64,000 nt of DNA from Bacilli bacterium (GTDB taxonomy: Bacteria > Bacillota_I > Bacilli_A > RFN20 > CAG-826): assembly GCA_044372565.1 (NCBI GenBank), contig JBILRP010000001.1:45524-109523 (forward strand). Direction: 5' to 3'. The notes beneath the pieces were generated by a model that was given only the letters and a program-made list of their open reading frames with translations, ran no database searches and was not told where the DNA came from. The position numbers were made by a program, and so were the translations under genes. Shown in pieces: positions 58,826 to 64,000 of this stretch. Every line of letters begins with the position of its first letter. The stretch's first letter is position 1.

Positions 58826-58958
58826 GGATGAATATCACTGGGTTCAGACATCCACATTTATCATCAGGTTTCCCCATTCAATCACTTAGGCACGGGATCC
58901 CAGTACCATCAATATAAGGAATTAAAAAAACCATGTCATGATTTCGGTCGATACGTGG

Positions 58959-58981
58959 AAAAATTCCACAACATGTGGAAT
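58959..58981 (-). terminator. Rho-independent terminator after the XRE-membrane gene
   Basis: The minus strand reads AUUCCACA-ugu-UGUGGAAU followed by UUUU. Confidence 0.75.
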
Positions 58982-58985
58982 AAGG

Positions 58986-59960
58986 TTAAACTAGGATTTC
59001 GGTGCGAGCGTGGTCAGGGTACTCACAAATTAATCGATAGGTATCGTAAAATCTGGCATTTGAAACTAAAATCACTCTTGATAAAATGATCATGGACATC
59101 CCATTAATTAAATTAAACAAAACTAAGTTGAATGGAAAGATTCCAGATTCAAAAGCATTCAAGTAAATGATGAAAAACGCCACCATCACGTAATGGAAAC
59201 TAACGATGAGACGGTGAAAAAGCATGTTGAAATTATAATGATTTTTGGTATAAGCAAGATGTTGTTTGGGAATCCCTAACAACAATGATTGAATGATGAT
59301 GATGATATGGAATCCCATCATAAAAAAATAGATAATCACAACCAAGGCATTAAATATATAATCTAGGCTCTGAAGATTCATCATCCCAAAAATACCAACA
59401 TAAAAGATTGTCGTGAGGATGCTTAGAAATATATATTGAACCAGATTAGACATTTTAAAAAACCTTCTTGCGCGGTCTGTTAGTGGCGACACATATTGCA
59501 ACGAGGCATCGTGGGGAACAAAATACGCTTTGGTTCGTTGACGGTCCAAGGTAGTGTAGCGAATGATCGTACCAATCAATACCCCAATCCAAAAAAGAAG
59601 AAAAACCAAGGCTGCATTGATCCGATTCGCAAATGGAATCCACAACATCAAGGTATTGATGACCATGAAAATTAAGATCGCATAAAAGAAACGATCACTG
59701 AGCATAATTTTCTTGACCTTAACTTCTTGGTAAGCGCCTTTTAGAGGTTTTTCTGTTGGACTGCTGCTGGTGAAAAAGCTCATAGGAACTTGAAAATAAT
59801 CAGCGATCTTTTGTAAATTCTCTAGACTGACTTCGCGAATACCTTGTTCCCAATTGCTGATCGTTCGATTGCTAAAAAATAAAGCTTTGGCTAATGCTTC
59901 TTGACTAATGTTTCGTTGACTTCGAAGTCCTTTAATTTTGTCGCCGATAGAATGGTTCAT
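58986..59960 (-). CDS. XRE-family HTH domain fused to a ~6-TM membrane domain
   Basis: The N-terminus IGDKIKGLRSQRNISQEALAKALFFSNRTISNWEQG is a canonical HTH_3 domain. It is followed by multiple hydrophobic helices. A GGGGGA SD is present. Confidence 0.8.
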   Translation of the reverse strand: MNHSIGDKIKGLRSQRNISQEALAKALFFSNRTISNWEQGIREVSLENLQKIADYFQVPMSFFTSSSPTEKPLKGAYQEVKVKKIMLSDRFFYAILIFMVINTLMLWIPFANRINAALVFLLFWIGVLIGTIIRYTTLDRQRTKAYFVPHDASLQYVSPLTDRARRFFKMSNLVQYIFLSILTTIFYVGIFGMMNLQSLDYIFNALVVIIYFFMMGFHIIIIIQSLLLGIPKQHLAYTKNHYNFNMLFHRLIVSFHYVMVAFFIIYLNAFESGIFPFNLVLFNLINGMSMIILSRVILVSNARFYDTYRLICEYPDHARTEILV

Positions 59961-60071
59961 GTGTCCCCCAATGAACGTTGTAGAGAACCTAATAACGATG
60001 GAAAGAATCGCAGTAAAACATGGTAGTGAATCAGTGATTAGCCAGTTTTATCTTCATTTTTAAATTCAATA

Positions 60072-60087
60072 CGTTAACATGTTTTCG
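60072..60087. promoter_or_regulatory. Imperfect palindrome CGTTAACATGTTTTCG, a candidate operator
   Basis: The core AACATGTT is a perfect 8-bp palindrome. It sits just downstream of a minus-strand TATAAT (60098-60093), in the divergent region between the XRE gene and the SRAP gene. Confidence 0.4.
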
Positions 60088-60154
60088 TTTCTATTATATC
60101 TAAATCTTTCATTAAAAAATGGTGAATTTATAAAAAAAACATTAATATATAATA

Positions 60155-60826
60155 ATGTGTGGACGTTTTGGATTACATCATGCCTGGCAAACAACCTCAA
60201 GTTTCTTATTTGATCAATTTAAGGTTGAATTCGATGAGACCAAATTATCGTTGCCCCTTTATAATATTGCCCCAACCCAACAAGTCTTGATTCTGATTCA
60301 TGATGGTGCTCACTATCGAGTCGGCTTATCAACCTGGGGGTTTTCCTTAAGTTCAACCAATTCAAAACCGGTCATCAATGCCCGGAGTGAATCCGTCTTT
60401 GAAACCACCTTATTTCGTCAATCGATACGAACCAAGCGTTGTTTAATCCTCGCCTCTGGTTTTTACGAATGGCAACGAACAACCACCCCATCTCAACCAA
60501 GTTGGTTTTATGATCAAAGTAAACCTTTTTTAGTCTTTGCAGGTCTATATCAAACCATCCGAAATAAGAATGGTCAAAAAATCGTTCAAAGTGCCATGTT
60601 AACCACGAGTGCAAATGAGGTGATGAAACCCATTCATGATCGAATTCCCGTGATGCTCAATCCTGATCAGTACCAACATTGGGTTCACCCAAAAACACCG
60701 ATTGATGAAATGAAGTTCCTTTTCAAACCTACAAATTTTAAAAGCTTATCCACCTATGAAGTCAGTACCTATGTGAATAAAGTCGCTAATCAAGATGCAA
60801 CATGTTTACAACCAATAAAAAAATAG
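60155..60826 (+). CDS. SOS response-associated peptidase (SRAP/YedK family, abasic-site processing)
   Basis: The N-terminus is MCGRF (Cys2 nucleophile). NARSES and HDRIPVML motifs are present. It is 223 aa long. Confidence 0.88.
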   Translation: MCGRFGLHHAWQTTSSFLFDQFKVEFDETKLSLPLYNIAPTQQVLILIHDGAHYRVGLSTWGFSLSSTNSKPVINARSESVFETTLFRQSIRTKRCLILASGFYEWQRTTTPSQPSWFYDQSKPFLVFAGLYQTIRNKNGQKIVQSAMLTTSANEVMKPIHDRIPVMLNPDQYQHWVHPKTPIDEMKFLFKPTNFKSLSTYEVSTYVNKVANQDATCLQPIKK

Positions 60827-60847
60827 AGGTCATAGACCTCTATTTTT
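60817..60847. terminator. Bidirectional terminator between the SRAP and MIP genes
   Basis: The structure is an A run, TAGAGGTC (60824-60831), an ata loop, GACCTCTA (60835-60842) and T5. The stem includes the SRAP stop codon. Confidence 0.85.
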
Positions 60848-60868
60848 CATAAATCTTAGGTTAAAGAA

Positions 60869-61552
60869 TTAACCAAGTAAGGTCACGACTAAACCCGCTA
60901 ATGCGCCACCAACTAAGGAAGCAACAGCGAGTAATAAGACTGGGATCCAGGTTGGTTTACCTAATCCAAGGACAGTTGCGGTTAAGCGTGGTCCTAAGTC
61001 GCGGGCAACGTTAAGCACGGAGTAGGCGGTTCCACCAACGGCAAGGGCGGCTGCTAAAACGGCAGCACCGACTGCTAATGGGGTAATGCCACCAAGGTTT
61101 GAGGTTGCGTTGACGGTAACGACAACGAGTAATGCTAAGAAGAATGAACCTAAAACTGAGGTAATGACATTTTGAACGACATCTTTTGGATCTGGGTTAC
61201 CAGTTAAAGGAGCAAGTGGGGTCGTCGATGCTTTAAATTGTGGGCGATAAATCACGAAAAGAATTAAACCGCCAACGAAACCACCTAGAATTTGACCTGC
61301 AATATAAGTTAAGGCTTCAACTGCATCAATTGCTTCCAAAACAAAGAAAGCCATCGTGACTGCTGGGTTGATGTGTGCGCCACTTCCACCCGCTAATGCG
61401 GCAAAAACACCGAAGGAAATACCTAAGAAGACGGCCAATGCTGCAATTCCTTCTTTAGCTTTTCCAGTAAGCACCATGCTGGCAAGAATACCACCATGAA
61501 CGACCACGAACACGAGTAAACCTAAGAATTCTCCTAAAAAAATGTCTAACAT
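60869..61552 (-). CDS. MIP-family channel (aquaporin/glycerol facilitator-like) with NPA and NVA motifs
   Basis: Contains HINPAVTMAF and LNVARDLGPRL, with 6 TM segments and a GGAGG SD. Confidence 0.85.
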   Translation of the reverse strand: MLDIFLGEFLGLLVFVVVHGGILASMVLTGKAKEGIAALAVFLGISFGVFAALAGGSGAHINPAVTMAFFVLEAIDAVEALTYIAGQILGGFVGGLILFVIYRPQFKASTTPLAPLTGNPDPKDVVQNVITSVLGSFFLALLVVVTVNATSNLGGITPLAVGAAVLAAALAVGGTAYSVLNVARDLGPRLTATVLGLGKPTWIPVLLLAVASLVGGALAGLVVTLLG

Positions 61553-61669
61553 GTTTAGACCTCCATTAAAAGGAGATTATATGTTGAATTTAAAAATAAA
61601 GCAATTTTAGTTAGTAGATACAAATGACTTTTGAATTTTAACTGAAGATATGCTACCTTATTTGATGTT

Positions 61670-63799
61670 ATGATTATTTCTTTTAATATCTTGCTATCGA
61701 TATTAATCCCACAAGTTTTAAACATTCAATCAAACCCTTTACCTATTAGCCTACCTGAAAATAATGTCGTTTTACGCTATGCAGAGGCAGATTTAGGTTC
61801 TGATAGTGTGAATTTAAGTGATTTTAATTTACAAGGACGATTTGGAAACACCCTCACCTCCTATCCTATCACTCAAAATAGCAATAAAGGCTTGGTGATG
61901 ACTTACACCACAGGCCAAGCAGCTGGAATCTTCTTAAAAGAACAACTTGCAGCAGACACAGTTAGCCCTGGATTTTCAACCTACTATGTCATGAATGTGT
62001 ATCGGGTCGGTTCTCGTCCCGCGGATGGTTATGTGTTTGTCATTGCCGCCAATTCAAATTCACTTGGTTCAAGTGGTGGTGGTCTTGGTTATTCAGGCAT
62101 ATTAAATTCTGTGGGTATTGAATTTGATTTTCATGACAACGGCGGAGAAAATATGGCCTCGAGTGATGTTTTTGCTAATGGATCGATTTCAAGCAGTCCT
62201 GGTACAGTCTTTGATTCAGATTATCTTACTCGTTGGGGTGATGTTAGTGATCGGGCATTAGTAAGATCTTTTCATACTTGGATTGAATACAATCACCGAG
62301 AAACCAAACTTGAACTCCGTGTGGTTCCTAGTAATAATGAAAATCCAAACAGTAATCGCCCAACTCGTCCAACTTCACCTCTATTAACAAGAACCACTAA
62401 CCTTAGTCAATTAAGTAACTATTTTTATGGTGGATTTACTGCAGCAACCGGTGGATTAGCCCAAGAAATGTCGTTAAAGTCATGGTACTTCTCCAATGCT
62501 TATATCCCTGGCGGCATCAATCCAGATTCACAAGCGATTGTGGTCGATAGTGTTGCACCAACCAGTCCAACCTTATCAACAACCCTCATTAACGATGAAT
62601 ATCAACTCGAAGTTTCCGGCGGTGAAGACAATATCCAAGGTTCAGGGATTGCCGGTTATCAATACAAGGTGAATCAAGGTAATTGGTCAACTTATGCTTC
62701 TTCTATTCCAATGACAACGGTCGGTGAGTATTTTGCCCGGAGTGTTGATCGCGCAGGTAATTACTCATTACCAAGTTCAGTTCATCTTTTTGAAATTCGT
62801 TTTTGGATTGGTGATGAGATGGTTGCGGCAATCAAAAGATTAAATACTGATGAAGCTTATCTTATTGATGAGCAATTTGAAACTGAAAATTATCTTTATC
62901 AACAATGGTTTGCAAATCCTTCTTTGACCGGTGAACCTATTCTTTCTGTAGGTGATCGAACCACTTCTATCAATTTATATGGTTATCCAACACCGAAAAC
63001 ATATACAATCGCCTATTCACTTTCAGGTGGTCAATTAACAAACCAAGCCCCAACAACCTTTACGGTCGGACAAGAACTATCCTTAATTACACCAACAAAA
63101 GCCGGCTATGAATTCGCAGGTTGGTACCTTGATGGAAATTTATCGACCGCGTTCAACCAAAATAATTTGCCAATTCAAAACATCACCCTCCACGCAAAAT
63201 GGACATTGATTGATTACACGATTACTTATCAATATCATGGCGGTGACGTTGCCAACAACCCACAAACGTATACAGTTGAATCAACAACCATTGATTTAAT
63301 TCAACCAGTTCGAGCTGGCTTTATCTTTGCTGGTTGGTACAATAACGAATCTTATCAAGGCAATGCAATCACTCAAATCCAATCCGGTTCTATCAATGAT
63401 GTCACCCTCCACACAAAATGGGTTGGCATCACAACTACGATTTATTTTGTTACTCACCAAACCATCAATCCCATCACCATTCAAAGTGGTGAAGCCATTG
63501 GTGTTTTACCAACACTAACCATGACCGAAGGTTTCATCTTTCAAGGATGGTCATTAACTCTTAACGATGCTAACAGCATCATTACCAGTGATTATGTGGT
63601 TGGTAATAGTTTGACCTTACAACTTTTTCCAATTTGGTCAACCACTTCACCAACGTCTCCCCTCAATTTATTAACCAGAGAGTCAATCGCAAACTCATTG
63701 CCAATGTTTGAAATCATTGTCTTTATTTCAACACTACTTATCGGTGCTATCTTCACCACCCTAGCGATTATCAAGAGGAATCACCATGGCAGTCTCTAG
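61670..63799 (+). CDS. Large surface protein: L-type lectin-like domain, Ig-like region, Listeria-Bacteroides type repeats and a C-terminal TM anchor
   Basis: Lectin-like blocks are ADGYVFVIA, GGGLGYSG, SVGIEFDF and YGGFTAATGG...LKSWYF. Repeats with GYEFAGWY, GFIFAGWY and GFIFQGW end in HAKW or HTKW. The C-terminus is a hydrophobic helix followed by KRNHH. Confidence 0.75.
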   Translation: MIISFNILLSILIPQVLNIQSNPLPISLPENNVVLRYAEADLGSDSVNLSDFNLQGRFGNTLTSYPITQNSNKGLVMTYTTGQAAGIFLKEQLAADTVSPGFSTYYVMNVYRVGSRPADGYVFVIAANSNSLGSSGGGLGYSGILNSVGIEFDFHDNGGENMASSDVFANGSISSSPGTVFDSDYLTRWGDVSDRALVRSFHTWIEYNHRETKLELRVVPSNNENPNSNRPTRPTSPLLTRTTNLSQLSNYFYGGFTAATGGLAQEMSLKSWYFSNAYIPGGINPDSQAIVVDSVAPTSPTLSTTLINDEYQLEVSGGEDNIQGSGIAGYQYKVNQGNWSTYASSIPMTTVGEYFARSVDRAGNYSLPSSVHLFEIRFWIGDEMVAAIKRLNTDEAYLIDEQFETENYLYQQWFANPSLTGEPILSVGDRTTSINLYGYPTPKTYTIAYSLSGGQLTNQAPTTFTVGQELSLITPTKAGYEFAGWYLDGNLSTAFNQNNLPIQNITLHAKWTLIDYTITYQYHGGDVANNPQTYTVESTTIDLIQPVRAGFIFAGWYNNESYQGNAITQIQSGSINDVTLHTKWVGITTTIYFVTHQTINPITIQSGEAIGVLPTLTMTEGFIFQGWSLTLNDANSIITSDYVVGNSLTLQLFPIWSTTSPTSPLNLLTRESIANSLPMFEIIVFISTLLIGAIFTTLAIIKRNHHGSL

Positions 63800-64000
63800 T
63801 CAAAGCAAAGCAAAACGCCTCATGACCAATCTTACCGGCGCATCTGCCTCGGTGGCGGTGGTCACGGCTGTGGCATCGATGACCGTGTCAGTACAAGGTC
63901 AATTTTTGAATGTTTCAGTTTTTGAAAACAAGGCTTTCTATCAAGTCGAAGTCGTAGAAACGATCACCATTGAAGGCAGTGGTAGTTTGTCAGACGATGC
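63786..64000 (+). CDS. Hypothetical secreted/membrane protein, 5' part only (runs off the window)
   Basis: The ATG at 63786 overlaps the end of the previous gene by 14 nt. The sequence MAVSSQSKAKRLMTNLTGASASVAVVTAVASMTVSV looks like a signal or anchor. Confidence 0.45.
   Translation, partial: MAVSSQSKAKRLMTNLTGASASVAVVTAVASMTVSVQGQFLNVSVFENKAFYQVEVVETITIEGSGSLSDD

Noticed and set aside
60072-60087. LexA (Cheo-box-like) site upstream of the SRAP gene
   Set aside because: The sequence CGAAAACATGTTAACG does not fit CGAAC-N4-GTTCG spacing (16 nt rather than 14 nt, with altered half-sites). No lexA is seen in the window. Its position over the XRE-gene promoter fits an XRE autoregulatory operator better. 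It is kept only as a generic candidate operator.

Overview
The window reads as a chromosomal segment of a low-GC, wall-less or Mollicutes-like Bacillota organism, with Acholeplasma-type content. It uses the standard genetic code: TGA serves as a stop (for example tsaB) and Trp is TGG. From 1 to 10.4 kb the minus strand carries a complete S10-spc ribosomal-protein operon, rpsJ through rplO and then secY. It has a consensus promoter, no rpmD, and long low-complexity extensions on S5, L5, S19 and L23. From 10.5 to 29.9 kb the minus strand is mostly housekeeping: queA-tgt-queT, gatCAB, ligA, pcrA, asnS, tsaD-rimI-tsaB-tsaE, a DUF402 phosphatase, thiT behind a TPP riboswitch, and ung. DegV and a three-gene membrane-protein block of unknown function lie on the plus strand. 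From 29.9 to 37.4 kb there is an accessory glycan island with three GT4-type glycosyltransferases, a TupA-like ATP-grasp amidoligase, a lipoprotein, a Wzy/WaaL-like polytopic protein and a possible GT-D protein. It shows two convergent 3' overlaps. It is followed by a PPi-type phosphofructokinase, a glycolipid-type GT4 and a fructokinase. From 41 to 47 kb lie a GNAT-SDR-homospermidine synthase block, a candidate ~100-nt sRNA or leader with its own consensus promoter and terminator, an orphan Rieske protein, and a GT-C membrane glycosyltransferase coupled to two unknown membrane proteins. The remainder holds MATE, an amino-acid ABC transporter, CIRCE-groESL, a split chrA pair, a coiled-coil lipoprotein, an ALDH, HTH proteins, an esterase, an SRAP peptidase, a MIP channel with NPA/NVA motifs and a large lectin-domain surface protein. 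I saw no tRNA or rRNA genes, CRISPR arrays, transposases, integrases or recognisable defence genes. The most unusual signals are the r-protein extensions, the recurrent -10/N5-9/ATG (leaderless-type) gene starts, the sRNA candidate, the polyamine block and the glycan island. All functional calls rest on reading motifs by eye, because no database search was possible.
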